Source: Tubiluchus corallicola
Taxonomy: Eukaryota > Animalia > Priapulida
Direction of reading: 5' to 3'
DNA: 64,000 nucleotides
Assembly (NCBI GenBank): GCA_030141605.1
Contig: JAQGDQ010000654.1
Location: 1 to 64,000, forward strand
In this document: in pieces, positions 1 to 43,211 of the stretch
Position numbering within the stretch: the first letter of the stretch is position 1
Layout of the letters: each line of letters begins with the position of its first letter
Notes under the pieces: model-generated
Told to the model about the DNA's origin: nothing
Seen by the model: only the letters and a program-made list of their open reading frames with translations
The model's database searches: none
Made by a program: the position numbers and the translations under genes

Positions 1-280
1 TTGGTGGCGTTGACCGTGGTGCGGTAGTGGTAATGGTGATGATGATGATGATGATGATGATGACGGTACGAGTGATGATAATGGTCAGAGAACCCGTGGT
101 ACTTTTGTTGGTGTTGACCATGGTGTGGTAGTGGTGGTGATGATGATGGCGGTGGCAGGAGTGATGATAAAGGTCAGTGGGTTTGCGGGAATTTTGGTAG
201 TGTTGATTGTGGTGTGCTAATGGTGATGGTGATGGTGGTGGTGATGGAAGTGGGAGTGATGGTAACGGTCAGTGGTACCT
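1..280 (+). repeat. GGT/GAT-rich minisatellite of about 95 bp, truncated by the window edge
   Basis: About 3 degenerate copies of GGTGTTGACCGTGGTGTGGTAGTGG...GATGATAATGGTCAG. Confidence 0.75.
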
Positions 281-384
281 TTGCTGCTGTTGGAGTATGG
301 CGTCATCTTTGTTGTTTTGGCATTGCTGCTGCAAATGATTTTAATAAACACGTAAAACTAGAGAGCTATAAACTAGAAGGCGGA

Positions 385-404
385 GGCTGCTGCTGCTGTT
401 GTCT

Positions 405-493
<89 letters not shown>

Positions 494-720
494 GCTGTTG
501 TTGTTGCTGTTGCTGTTATTGTTGCTGTTATTGCTGTTGTTGTTGCTGTTGCTCTGCTGCTGCTGCCATTGTTGCTGTTGTTGTTGTTGTTGTTACTTGT
601 TGTGGCTGTTGTTGTTGTTACTTGTTGTCGTCGTCATTGTCGTTGTCGTTGTTGTCATTATTATTGTTGTTGTTGTAGATGTTGGTGTTGTTGCTGTCGT
701 CGTCGTTATCATCATCGTCG
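385..720 (+). repeat. (TGT/TGC)n trinucleotide microsatellite
   Basis: Direct reading. Confidence 0.95.
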
Positions 721-1282
721 CTACTGTTCCAATTGCCGCTGTTGTTTTGGAACATCTTAATATTTTCACGTAGTTTTCCTATTTCTCTCCGGAATGTTTT
801 GACTTCATTACTACTGGCACGCAAGGATGAAGCTCTGAAGAACATATCAACCTTGCTCTCACTTAGGCGTCCCGGGCTTAACACTTTCTCTCTTTTTCAA
901 GTGGCACACCAATCGATTGAGAGCTTGCGAAGAAAAAACTCTTCATTCATGTTTGCTCGTTTCTTGGCACGCCGCCAAGAAAACTAGAACCGCGTGGCTT
1001 CAAATTGAGTTGAGTAGAGCAGACGGATTGGAGAGCAATTTGTGAAGCCAGACGACTAATCACACGGGATTTTATAGAAAGTGAGAGAATTAAATGAACT
1101 TAGAGATTCTTGAAAAGTCATTTTAATTCCTCAATATTGCGATATTGCGCAAAATATTAATCGTTTTTAAAATAATATTGCATTGCTGTCAGTAATATGT
1201 ATGCTTTTCCTTTAAATATTAAACACATGCCAACGAACCTACAAACCAACTAACCAACCAACCAATAAACCGCTGGCGAACT

Positions 1283-1590
1283 ATACCACCATTACCACTA
1301 CCACACCACGGTCAACACCAAAATTTCCCCCCAGCTTACTGACCATTATCATCATTCCTACCACCGTTATCATCACCACCACCATTACCACTACCACACC
1401 ACGGTCAACACCACCAAAATTTCCCCCCAGCCCACTGACCATTATCATCATTCCTACCACCGTTATCATCACCACCACCATTACCACTACCGCACCACGG
1501 TCAACACCACCAAAATTCCCACAAGCCCACTGACTATTCCTTCACTCCTTCCATCGTCATCGCCACCATCACACAATCATTGTCAACACC
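1283..1590 (-). repeat. Inverted copy of the 93-96 bp minisatellite seen at 1-280
   Basis: ACGGTCAACACC recurs at 1308, 1401 and 1497; its reverse complement matches the 1-280 units. Confidence 0.8.
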
Positions 1591-2285
1591 GCGAGAATTA
1601 CAACTCGTCCACTGTGTACAAAAGCAGCAATGAAAAGTCTTAATGTAACAAATCACTTTCAAAGAACATGGATCTGCAGAAATGATCCGAAATGAAACCC
1701 ACGTATGTCAGCCAGAATGAAAAGCAAAATCAACCAGTCGGCGGCTTATTTCATTAATGTTATTTGAGTCGTTTTAAAATAGTACTCCTGTAACTTTATC
1801 AGTCATTCGGAATACGTTCTGATCTAATTATTTCAAAACTCTGTCATATTTTGCCCTGGAACTGTCCGCCCCCAATAGGAGTTGATGTATAGCGTTATCC
1901 AGATGTTCAGTGTTGCAGTCATTGAAGATAGCGTGCACTATATGGCTTCATTGCAGATTTCGTGTACTCCATGGTTTCATTCATCGTTCCAGCATTATGC
2001 TGGCAGCTTCCCGTTTCCGCCACGGGGTTTTTATGCGAATTTTTTTCCCGCATTTTTGCTTGTAATTTATTTTATTTCGAATTAAATTCTGCGGTTGTTC
2101 CAGAACTGCTTGTCATGCACCCCCCCCCCCGACAACACATGGAGATAATCCGAGAGAAGCCATTTTTTTACATCTTCCTTATTGTTGCGATGTTATGGAT
2201 TTAAGAAAGAAGTTCACGTCGATTTCAAGTGAGAGATTGTTGTTATGGTATTTAGAGGACGAAAGAAAACTTCTTAATCTCTGGC

Positions 2286-2318
<33 letters not shown>

Positions 2319-2694
2319 GTATATATATATACTACATTACTACATCTATATCTATATAGATCTATATAGATCTATATATATATATATACTACATTATTAC
2401 ATTACTATATCTATATCTATATCTATATCTATATCTATATCTATATCTATATCTATATCTATATCTATATCTATATCTATATCTATATCTATATCTATAT
2501 CTATATCTATATCTATATCTATATCTATATCTATATCTATATCTATATCTATATCTATATCTATATCTATATCTATATCTATATCTATATCTATATCTAT
2601 ATCTATATCTATATCTATATCTATATCTATATCTATATCTATATCTATATCTATATCTATATCTATATCTATATCTATATCTATATCTATATAT
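2286..2694. repeat. (TA)n and long (ATATCT)n microsatellite
   Basis: Direct reading. Confidence 0.95.
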
Positions 2695-3147
2695 AGCATT
2701 TCATAGCGGATCAGAAATGAAAAACAAGAGGCGAGTATGGCGAGATAACGGGAATATAACGAAGTTAGTCTACATGTATATACATAATAGTTGATTAACA
2801 TAGTGTTCCTCTATGTACATATAAAATATATTTCGCATTATGATACTAATCAACATTAAATCAGAAATGAAAAATGTCATAAAAATAATCTTTGAATGTT
2901 ACTCTTTTATTTAAAAAACCTTTTTCGAGTATACACTTAAATGCAATAAACTTAGCAAAAGATATATATATATATATATATATCTGCGATGCATTACACA
3001 CAATATATGAGAAACGCCTCGGCATTATTATATGAGTTTCAGATTGTGTTTCAAATTGATGATTAAAGATTAAATTATTGCTTCCGCCGGAAGCCGAGTT
3101 AGGTGGTGCACATCACGCTACGATCAACTGATGTTTGACCCACTTAA

Positions 3148-3833
3148 AGCACAAGAGAACCCTTCATAAACATAAAGCTTAAAAAATTCGATTTGAGATT
3201 TTACATCACTTACAAACTGCTTTTTTGCGGACTTCAGGACTTCAATCAGCAGTCACGCTGTATAAAACATGTAAATTTAAACTCCCGCGATGACCGTTAG
3301 ACGCAGCCATTTTGACGACAGGTCATTTGAAACAAGTTTAGATAACATTTTGTAAAGTTTGAAAAAATAATCAGAGCATTCGTAGCGCACAAGTCACTAA
3401 CTAAATAAAATTTAAAATTACTGTATCCTGTCAATAAGATTAAAAATACGTTTTTTGGTTAGTGAGTGGTGCACCCTGGAGGGTGAGTCAGCGACATTTT
3501 ACCAATTAATGAAAATATTTAAATAATTAATAATTTTCTTTTCTAGTTATATAAGTCTTTCTAGCAGTTAAGCGAAAATCTAAGTAATATAGATTTGCAC
3601 GAAAAGTCTTTTGAGATATAATTTAACATTGCCTTTTCTTCCCTTGATTTACCTTTGGTACATGACGTCATGTAATGGCGACTTCGGAACAGTATTGCGG
3701 GAGATTTAAAATGAAAACAAACTAAAATCCCTTTCAGTGCGAGTAAGATATACGCATAAAATTGCTATAAAGTAATGTATTTTTTTAAGGCGATTTTTCT
3801 GAAACCTACTTCAGGTGCCCCTTTTCTTGTTCT
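3148..3833 (+). mobile_element. Non-autonomous DNA transposon family A (Kolobok-like), full length
   Basis: TTAA|AGCACAAGA ... TCTTGTTCT|TTAA; short TIR, TTAA TSD, purine-purine start; internal sequence recurs many times in the window. Confidence 0.8.
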
Positions 3834-4546
3834 TTAAAACGACGCGTTATAGATTTGATGACGTAGCTCCTATGCGCAGAGGTTTAGTGCGCATCAGGAA
3901 TCTAAACAATAGGAGTTGGAGCTGGCACCTCAGGGTAGACTAGGGAGCTGATCCGGAGACTGAGGGCTAGCCTGTGTTCCTCGCTATTTATACTTATACC
4001 TTATGTTTAATGAATATGCAATTTTGTAAATAAAGTCTTGTTAGTTTGCTATGCCCTTTCGGCTGTTCACGAAGCAACACGTCACGAGCCACACAGCCAC
4101 AGCAGCAGTAAACAACAATAAACAGCAGCTATAAACTCTCACAAACTCACTTTTTTACTGTATGTGTTAAAATGCGTACTTTTCACTCTATTTCAAAATG
4201 GGATAGCATACGGAAAATCGTCGTATTTCCTTTAATTCTTCGTATTACTCGTACGTCACACATTCAAGCTTAACTTGACTTATTGATGTTGCTACCAAGA
4301 CGTGCGCATGACAAAGAAATTCCGAAATTAAAATTCCATTCTTCAACTGGAAGTGACGTTTAGAGATAAAATTGTACAGAAGCAATTAAATCTGAAATGA
4401 ACAGAAGTGAGCTGAGGCAAAAGTTTCACAATGTCCAGTCTAGATTGAAGGCTCAGTCGTCCGACACGTATGCAATTTACTCTGACATCACATGCATTGA
4501 ATTGTAAGTCACAAACTGCCTCAAACTACGTTCAAACTATGACATA

Positions 4547-5540
4547 CACAGAACTCTATTATTGGATCAGCTATGACATACACAGAACACTATTGCTGGA
4601 TCAGCTATGACGTACACAGAACACTATTGCTGGATCAGCTATGACGTACACAGAACACTATTATTGGATCAGCTATGACGTACACAGAACATTATTGCTG
4701 GATCAGCTATGACGTACACAGAACACTATTATTGGATCAGCTATGACGTACACAGAACATTATTGCTGGATCAGCTATGACATACACAGAACACTATTGC
4801 TGAATCAGCTATGACATATACAGAACACTATTACTGGATCGGTGATGACACACACAGAACACTATTACTGGATCAGCTATGACATACACAGAACACTATT
4901 GCTGGATCAGCTATGACATACACAGAACAATATTGCTGGATCAGCTATGACATACACAGAACATTATTCCTGGATCAGCTATGATATACACAGAACACTA
5001 TTACTAGATCAGCTATGACATACACAGAACACTATTGCTGGATCAGCTATGACATACACAGAACACTATTGCTGGATCAGCTATGACATGTACAGAACAC
5101 TATTAGAACACTATTACTGGATCCGCTATGACATGCACAGAACACTATTACTGGATTAGCAATGACATAGACAGAACACTATTACTGGATCAGCTATGAC
5201 ATGCACAGAACACTATTACTGGATCAGCTATGACGTGCACAGAACACTATTACTGGATCAGCTATGACATACACAGAACACTTTTGCTGAATCAGCTATG
5301 ACATATACAGAACACTATTACTGGATCAGCTATGACATACACAGAACAATATTGCTGGATCAGCTATGACATACACAGAACAATATTGCTGGATCAGCTA
5401 TGACATACACAGAACACTATTACTGGATCAGCTATGACATACACAGAACACTATTGCTGGATCAGCTATGACATACACAGAACACTATTACTGGATCAGC
5501 TATGACATGCACAGAACACTATTATTGGAGCAGCTATGTT
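4547..5540 (+). repeat. 34-bp minisatellite, about 29 copies
   Basis: Unit CTATGACATACACAGAACACTATTGCTGGATCAG, head to tail, no spacers. Confidence 0.95.
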
Positions 5541-6120
5541 ATTATTGGCACATAACTCAAGAATTACACGGGAACCCTTGACCTGCTACTATGAACAACG
5601 ACATTTTTCATAAGCTCAGATCAGGTCATCCATCCAATGACATTGTCTTCAAATTGTTGCAGAACTACATAAAGTCTACTAAACGTTTTGTTAACTGATT
5701 GTATGTATAATTGTATATTGAATTGTAACCTGAATTTTGGATTTTTAAATTAAACACCAATTATTGAGCAATCATACTTTTGTGTAACTAGTAAGATGGT
5801 GTATATTGATAATTGTTGTTTCTACTATCGCTTCTGTACTCTGTGAGCTTTGTATATTTTAATTTTAAGTATTAACTAACAAATTACTTGTGTTTTCGAA
5901 GTAAACATATATGTAACTACATTCTACAGCTGTATACATCTGTTCTCAGTTATTAAAAAGCATTTGTTGCACAATGGAAAAATTCCGTTCAGTAATATTA
6001 CTGTACGTCAATCCATTTAAAATAAAAAAATTTCATATAAGTTGGCTGATTAATAATCTAACAGTACTCTATTGTACCGAGACGTTGTTTGAACAAACTG
6101 AATAAATACTGACTAATAAT

Positions 6121-6262
6121 ATTTTTTCAAACTTTACTTAATGTTACCTAAACTTGTATCAAACGGCTTTTTTTATACAGCGTTACTGCCGATGCAAGCC
6201 CTGCATACAAGAAGACAGTATGTAATTTTTAAGCTTCATGTAAGCGGAGAGTTTTCTTGTGC
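6121..6262 (-). mobile_element. Family A left-end fragment
   Basis: Ends ...TTTTCTTGTGCT; matches the reverse complement of the family A left end. Confidence 0.6.
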
Positions 6263-6340
6263 TTTTACTGCTGCACCGTGGAGATACCTGTATCAGATCC
6301 AATCTGTTTTGTATCTCCATGATAAATAAATGAAATTTAA

Positions 6341-6890
6341 AAGAAAACAGAATGATTTTTATATACTATCCCATTTTCAAGTACAATAAAAAGTTTGCAT
6401 TTTAACACAATTAATAGTGCAAAAACGATCCTGATAATTAAATAGTAGATTAAAAGCTTTATTAACGGTGGGCAAGCCCATCGTTTGATGACATCACAAA
6501 CTAACATAATTTTCAACAGCAAAAATATTCCACGAGCGTGTTGCACATGTTTGTGAAAGCGAAAATTGAAGTACAGTGCTACTGTAAGATATTCAGTGTT
6601 GTACTAAAACTAGACAAGTCTTAAGATAAAAATTCAAATTACCACTGTACTCACACATGAACAGAGTAACGTGTGCAGTACGTCACAAACGAACACATCT
6701 GAACTGAGAAGTGCCAAACCTGTTTTTTGTGCAATGCGTTTCCAGAATGCAGGCGCTGGTGCCCGTCTAACTTCGAACGTTGAAATGCATGTAACAGTGA
6801 AGAACTAGTGGCGCGAACGTGAAATTGTGTTTGTGTCGCAATAATTCTTTCAACTAAGTCATTTTTGAAAAAAATTGTATGTTTTTTCAC
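6341..6890 (+). mobile_element. Dispersed repeat family B (TTAA-preceded, Kolobok-like)
   Basis: TTAA|AAGAAAACAGAATGATTTT...; shares TGATGACATCACAAACTAAC...CCACGAGCGTGTTGCAC with five other copies. Confidence 0.75.
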
Positions 6891-6901
6891 GTCTGTTTCA
6901 G

Positions 6902-36942
<30,041 letters not shown>

Positions 36943-36953
<11 letters not shown>

Positions 36954-37237
36954 CACTTTTGAGCAACCTTAGTGTTCAGCCATGTGACACTTTTGAGCAA
37001 CCTTACTGTTCAGCCATGTGACACTTTTGAGCAACCTTACTGTTCAGCCAGGTAATATTTTTGAGCAACCTTATTGTGCTGCTATGTGACACTTTTGAGC
37101 GACCTTACTGTGCTGCCATGTGAGATAACCTTACTGTTCAACCATGTGAGACTTTTGAGCAACCTTACTGTTCAGCCAGGTAATATTTTTGAGAGACCTT
37201 ACTGTGCAGCAAAGTGACACTTTTGAGTAATCTTACT
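36943..37237 (+). repeat. 34-bp minisatellite, about 9 copies, starting inside the SLC6 coding end
   Basis: CAGCCATGTGACACTTTTGAGCAACCTTACTGTT at 36943, 36977, 37011 and onward. Confidence 0.9.
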
Positions 37238-37905
37238 CTCAACAGAAATTGATAGTGAGCCGCTTTTCTTCAGCCGGTGAATGACGTCAGTGGTGGAAAC
37301 ATGGAAAAATTGGCGTTTAAAATGGCAGCACCCAAGCGTGAAATGCTCAGGTCTTTAAAGTGATTTTAGTATTTGTAAAGTTGCTCTTTTATTAGCAAAT
37401 CCTTCTATCGCTTTTCTTCAACATTGGAATAAGCCGTAACTTACCAAAAGGCTTGACCGTTCCTGTAAAAATTTACTTTGCAAACGGAAGACAAGGCGCA
37501 TGACCAGTGTTTGAACAAGTACAAACAGTGCCCAAAAAATTGTCATTGTTAAGTGATTTGTTACAGTTAATATGTGTGTGTTTTTTTACCCGCTTCAACT
37601 TGGAATTCTGCCTCAGCCAACAAGTTGTTCGCGTATCGTGCACGTGCTAAAGTGATTACAAGCTAAGGTGGCGTGGGTCGTAACAGGGCAGTTTCCAGTT
37701 CAACGAAGATGCATCAATGGAAAAAACCGTTATTCACGGAAACTGCACGCATGCTGATGTATTCAAATGTTCAAAAGTTGACTGCGAGTGACAAACTACT
37801 GAATTGAATCAGTTAACTATAAGTGAAACCATGTGAAATTAAGCAAACGTATTGAATGTTGCTAAGCACCAGAAACTACAAATTCCTACTACTAAAGCCA
37901 GCAGC

Positions 37906-38328
37906 CAGCGACGTATTAACCAATAGGCTAACTAGGCTATAGCATAGGGCGCCAAAGTTTTATGGCGTCACATTTTAGAAAAAATTCTTATCCTCCCCGG
38001 AAAATGTGTATACTTTCATATTCATGTAAACGGCACATTTTATAACACACCACAGGCAATTACTGAGCATAGCTTTTAGATAAGTGCCACATAACGAACA
38101 GGTGCAAGGTAATACACAACAAGCAGTTGTGAAACATGCTTGAATATAAGCGCTATGCAAATGCATGTAACTAATAATGACCAGGTTGAAACTAGGTTAA
38201 TAGCGTTTCTAACACACCACAAGTAAATGTTTTATCTGCTCATTACATAAGCAGCCATAAATTCACAATAGAGATTGGGGGGACAAAACTATCAGTCTAG
38301 GGCGTCCTGAAGTTTTGATACGTCCCTG
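37906..38328 (+). mobile_element. hAT-like MITE family D, full length
   Basis: TIRs CAGCGACGTATTAA / TTGATACGTCCCTG; flanks CCAGCAGC / CCAGCAAA (6 of 8 match). Confidence 0.8.
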
Positions 38329-38674
38329 CCAGCAAAGATTGTACAATACCGTCGTTGTTGTGTTACGAACGATTTACAGTTATAGTGAACGCGATTAAAC
38401 GTTTGATCTAAGAAATTTTCATTTACAATATCGCAGTGAGTTGCAACATACTATAACAAACTATCCTATTCTGGTCGAATTAGCTGTTAGTTGCTCGTTT
38501 AAATGAAAGAGTCAGCTACACTGAAGGCATTTAAAATCAACGTTGAGACAGCTCAAAACAACACAGCTATACTACCCTGGATGAGTTGTTTTTTATCGCC
38601 ACCGCTGACAGGAGCTCTAGTAAGTTTTGAAACGTGTTGTTTGAATCGTCAGGAGCTCCAGGAAAATCAAATCC

Positions 38675-39458
38675 AGATAGAAAAAGATCACAGGTAAAAA
38701 AGTGACAGGTAAAAGAGTCACTGGTGAAAGAAAAATAGCATTGACCCTATTCTTAACCCTAAACGCATCACCTTTTCATAATCTCAAGTCAAAATTAATT
38801 GTGACTTTTTCCTGGCCAAAATTGTGACTTTTTCCTGGCCAAAATTGTGACTTTTTCCTAGCCAAAATTGTGACTTTTTCCTAGCCAAAATTGTGACTTT
38901 TTCCTAGCCAAATTTGTGACTTTTTCCTAGCCAAATTTGTGACTTTTTCCTGCGATTTTTTCCTATTCAAAATTGTGACTTTTTCCTGTGATTTTTTCCT
39001 AGCCAAAATTATGACTTTTTCCTGTGACTTTTTCCTAGCGAAAATTGTGACTTTTTCTTAGCCAGAATTATGACTTTTTGTATCATTTTTACCTGTCCCA
39101 TTTTTTCTTGCGTCATTTTTAGCTGTGCCATCTTTCTTGCGTCATTTTTAGCTGTGCCATCTTTCTTGCGTCATTTTTAGCTGTGCCATCTTTCTTGCGT
39201 CATTTTTAGCTGTGCCATCTTTCTTGCGTCATTTTTAAATATGCCATTTTTCGGTGCCATTTTTAGCTGTGCCATCTTTCTTGCGTCATTTTTAGCTGTG
39301 CCATCTTTCTTGCGTCATTTTTAGCTGTGCCATCTTTCTTGCGTCATTTTTAGCTGTGCCATCTTTCTTGCGTCATTTTTAGCTGTGCCATCTTTTTTGC
39401 GTCATTTTTAAATGTGCCATTTTTCTGTGCCATTTTTACCTGTGCCATTTTTACCGTG
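38675..39458. mobile_element. Second modular foldback-type element, with 22-bp and 29-bp expanded arrays
   Basis: Left arm of AGGTAAAAAAGTGAC units; CAAAATTAATTGTGACTTTTTCC as at 23680; then (CCAAAATTGTGACTTTTTCCTAG)n and (TCATTTTTAGCTGTGCCATCTTTCTTGCG)n. Confidence 0.65.
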
Positions 39459-39981
39459 CAGCGATTCGTCATGTGCACATTTAGTACGTATAGCTAACTC
39501 AGGTTTTAGGTGACACATTGTGTACATATCGTTGTTGCTTATAATGTATAATATGAAATACGTGGATATCCATGTATTATGGTTTAGCTTAAAGATATTA
39601 TTGTATAGCTTATGTGATAGAAAGAAACATACCAAAAAATGATGGTTGTGCCTAGCTACTCTAGAGGCTATAGAACACAAATTTTGCGATATATTTATGT
39701 AGCATTTACAATCTTGTTGAGAAATATATGTTCGTTGTTAAGTTTATTATCATTTTTTTCTATAATTAATTCGTGTAAAATAAGATTAATAAACATTGTT
39801 TATGTATATAATCAAACACGATGCTAGATTAGCTTGATATATTGAGTTTTATAAGACTGGCAGGTTCATATGTGTCAGATTACAAAGTTAAAGAAACTTT
39901 AACTGATTAATAAATAAATGCGATACGTGCTCGTGGCATTGAGTATTTTTTGCTGAAAATCTGGTTGCCAATTTTGATTAA

Positions 39982-40439
39982 AGGAAAACGGGACGGTTGT
40001 GCAAACATTTTTTAAAATCAAAGCTTAGATTAAATAATAATTACCTCGGATACTTAAATTTCGCTAAATTTTCAGAGCTATGCCCGGCTCAGGCGTGTGG
40101 CCGACAAATAGAAGGCGGTACCGTGATAAGCATGATCATGAACTGCTGTGTTAGTTTCTGACGTCAAATGACATAGAGCCCATTTTCGTGACATCACGCG
40201 TTTAAGCAGTAACACTTACATAAACGTGCTTGATGCACAGGGAAGATTCCTACCATTGCACAAACTGTGGTTCGTTTCTGACGTAAGCAATAGCTGTGTT
40301 CGGTTGCCGTTAATTAACTTTCTAAGCTAATTATTCAAATACAAGAAACAATTGTTAACTTTTATAGGCAACAAAATGTATATTTTGGACATACTAAAAC
40401 TAAAATGACATTGATTCTAAACAATCGCCCGGTTTTCCT
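39982..40439 (-). mobile_element. Kolobok-like MITE family C, reverse copy
   Basis: TTAA|AGGAAAACGGGACGGTTG ... CAATCGCCCGGTTTTCCT|TTAA; reverse complement of 20858-21366. Confidence 0.85.
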
Positions 40440-40639
40440 TTAATTTCGAAAGTTAAAAAGTATGTTGATAATTTTGATCATAGAATTAACACGTGCAACT
40501 CTGAAATTCCCAATGCTTCTTGACTACAGTAAAATTATTCACTTTTTAATCACTGTTTAACGAACTTTTTTTTCCAGTAACGAAAATAATCAACCCATAT
40601 TAAAAAGTTGTCACGACAGAATATTTTGTTCAGTTTAAT

Positions 40640-41018
40640 TTCCTTTCTTCTCTCCCTCTTTTCATTTCTTGCCCTCTTCCCTCTTCTCTTCTCCCTGTTT
40701 GCTCTTCTCTCCTCCTGTCCTCTCCTCTTCTCACGTCTCCTTTCCTCTCCTTTCACCACTCATCTCCTCTCCTCTCTTCTCGTATTCTTACCTCTGCTTT
40801 GTCCTCTACTTATCCTCTCTCCTTTCCTCTTTTCTCTTTGTTCTCTTGTCATCACTCTTCTCCTCTCCTCTCTGCTTAGCTTCTCCCCTCTCCTTTCCTC
40901 TCCTCTCCTCTCTTATCGGTTTCTCGTCTCTTCTCCACTGCTCTCTCTCCCCCTCTCTTTCCTTTTTAATTCTTCCTTTTTTCTCTCTTTTCTGCCCCTT
41001 TGCCTATTCTTTTTCTCC
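40640..41018 (+). repeat. Polypyrimidine (CTCCT/CTCTT) low-complexity tract
   Basis: Direct reading. Confidence 0.85.
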
Positions 41019-41027
41019 TGTGACAAG

Positions 41028-41504
41028 CAGTGGCGGCTGGTAGCTAAAATTAGTGGGGGTGCTGCAAAATAAAAAAATGTTTAGCCGAAACAAAAACGAA
41101 ACAAACATATGTAATTTTAATGTTGTAATTGTTATTTTAAACAAACAAACAAATTTATACATAAATTTGATAAAATCCTAAGCAAAAAATATTGTTTTCT
41201 TACGAACAGCCTAAATTGTCGCTTTGCAAGAATATGCCGATACACGGCTTTTAAACACGTGACAACTAGACAACATGTACTGCAGAACGTGACAGTACTC
41301 TTTCTTTCTACCCATGGACGCATGCGCACAGCAGCCAAACACCACGTTACATGAGCTGTGAAGCAAACTGTACTTCCCTCACGTGCTCCGGTTCCGCACA
41401 AGTATAAAGAATTAAAGAAAACACTTATATTCATTTTATCGATAACAATGAGTGACAACAGGGGGCGCTGTAGTTGCACACTATCTATACACGAGCTGAC
41501 AGTG
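41028..41504 (+). mobile_element. Family E (hAT-like) copy just past the sulfotransferase stop codon
   Basis: CAGTGGCGGCTGGTAG ... TACACGAGCTGACAGTG imperfect TIR; the same left end occurs in reverse at about 9950-9990. Confidence 0.65.
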
Positions 41505-41541
41505 ACCAGTTAAACAAGAAACACTGAATTTACTAAACATG

Positions 41542-42611
41542 TTACGATTCGTAATTAGCTAATGTCAGAAATTTCTTACAAGCTGAGGTTTTCTCTATGA
41601 TAGTACAGTGTCTTCTGCTTAATTCATCCCTCCATGCACTTGCTATTTTTGACGAATTTGACCTGTACGTATAGAAATCGTGTTCATTCTGATGCAACCT
41701 TGAGGTACCTTTCGTGTGACTAGCAATATACTCGATGACATCAGCATGAACATTCATGCCAAAGTTGTGCATCACATTTTGCATGACTGATTTGGCGTCC
41801 ACGGCCAATTGTTCAAACTTTATCATAGTGTACTGTGGACGATGCAGCAAATGCTTCACTCCATAGGCTAGTTGTTGCAACGCTTTGGAACAGTAGTTCC
41901 TTGCCAGGGCGGACAATTGGACTGGGGTCATCTCATCTTTGACCCAGCTCTGGATGACAGAATTCAGAATCGCACGAGGGTCGCGAATCAAATGCAAGAT
42001 GCGAACGTTCATATTCATCCGCGCGAGGCCAGCTAGGTCCTTCAAATCGGACCACAGCACCTTCAGCACTTTATGTCGGTGCTTGTTGCAAACATTAGCA
42101 AGCTCTTGGGTGGACAACGTCTCGACCGGACAGTTCTTCACAAGAGTTACGTCACTTCCGCTGCAGTTCAATTCGTCATGAAGTGCTCTGCTCCTTCTGA
42201 ACACTCGCTCTACTACCATGCTGTGATTGACTAGAGCCTTATCAATGTCTGCAAACTGGCAGTCCAACATTTTCTTCAATGTTTCAAGCTTTAGTGCAGT
42301 CAGTTCGTTAGGCGCATTGATCTTTGAGGCGTGGCCATATTGAAAATAGTGCAGCGGTTCGTCCAAGTAGAAAACATCTGGATTACTGTTGAAAATCTCG
42401 CCCAGGAACGTACTTCCGCTTCTCATAACTGCAACGATGATGACGTCATTACTGGGAACAGCCGAGGAATTCAATACTGATCCAGTGTTGCCACCTTTGG
42501 CCGAATATTTGGGCAAATCTGACGTTTTTCTTTCAAAAACTAGCGTTTCTCTTTCGTCAGCTTCCACTTTCTTGCCGAGTGGCTTCAGTATAAATGTAGA
42601 GTGTTTTTGCT
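41542..42611 (-). CDS. Carbohydrate 6-O-sulfotransferase (CHST1/3/4/5-like), exon 2: stem and catalytic domain
   Basis: Acceptor tgttttcag at 42612-42620; 5'-PAPS motif MRSGSTFLGEIF, FYLDEPL, 3'-PAPS motif LHLIRDPRAILNS, IKFEQLA, AWRDEL; stop at 41542. Confidence 0.92.
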
Positions 42612-42661
42612 CTGAAAACAAGAACGACAAAAGGAAACCAGTTATTAGAATTCCGATTTAA

Positions 42662-43211
42662 AGAAAGACCGGATGATTTTTCATATACTGTCCCATTTTC
42701 AAGTCAGATAAAAAGTAACATTTTAACACAATTAGTACTGCAAAAATGTTTCGTATAATTAAGTAATAGAATAATTAATGGCGGGCGAGCATAACTATTG
42801 ATGACATCACAAGCTAACATAATTTTCAACAGCAAAAATATTTCACGAGCGTGTTGCACGTGTTTGCGAAAACGAAAATGGAAGTGTAGTGCTACTGTAA
42901 GATATTCAGATGCGCTAAGTTTACACTTTATCACATCCATGAATATGACGGTACACGGTGAGCACGTGGCAATTGTTACTGTGGTAGAGACAGTACTTTT
43001 CTACCTAGCAGCTGACTCGAGCATACAGCGTGTTATCTCAGACATGTGCGCATGTTGCTTGGGCTGTGAAGCAAACAGTATTACCCTCATGTACTCTGGG
43101 TCTGTACAAGTATAAAGAAAGAACTAAAGAAAAAAGACTTATTATATGGAATAGTACTGGTAATATAGGGGATGCTACAGTTCCACAGTACCTATACACA
43201 GGCTGCCACTG
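42662..43211 (+). mobile_element. Family B left part (to about 42915) fused to family E right part (about 42945-43211), in the sulfotransferase intron
   Basis: TTAA|AGAAAGACCGGATGATTTTTC; ends TACACAGGCTGCCACTG. Confidence 0.7.

Noticed and set aside
214-773. Poly-Cys and poly-Leu ORFs; likewise the poly-Thr, Tyr, Ala, His and Ile ORFs at 24.6, 27, 35.9 and 50.2 kb
   Set aside because: Trinucleotide microsatellites.
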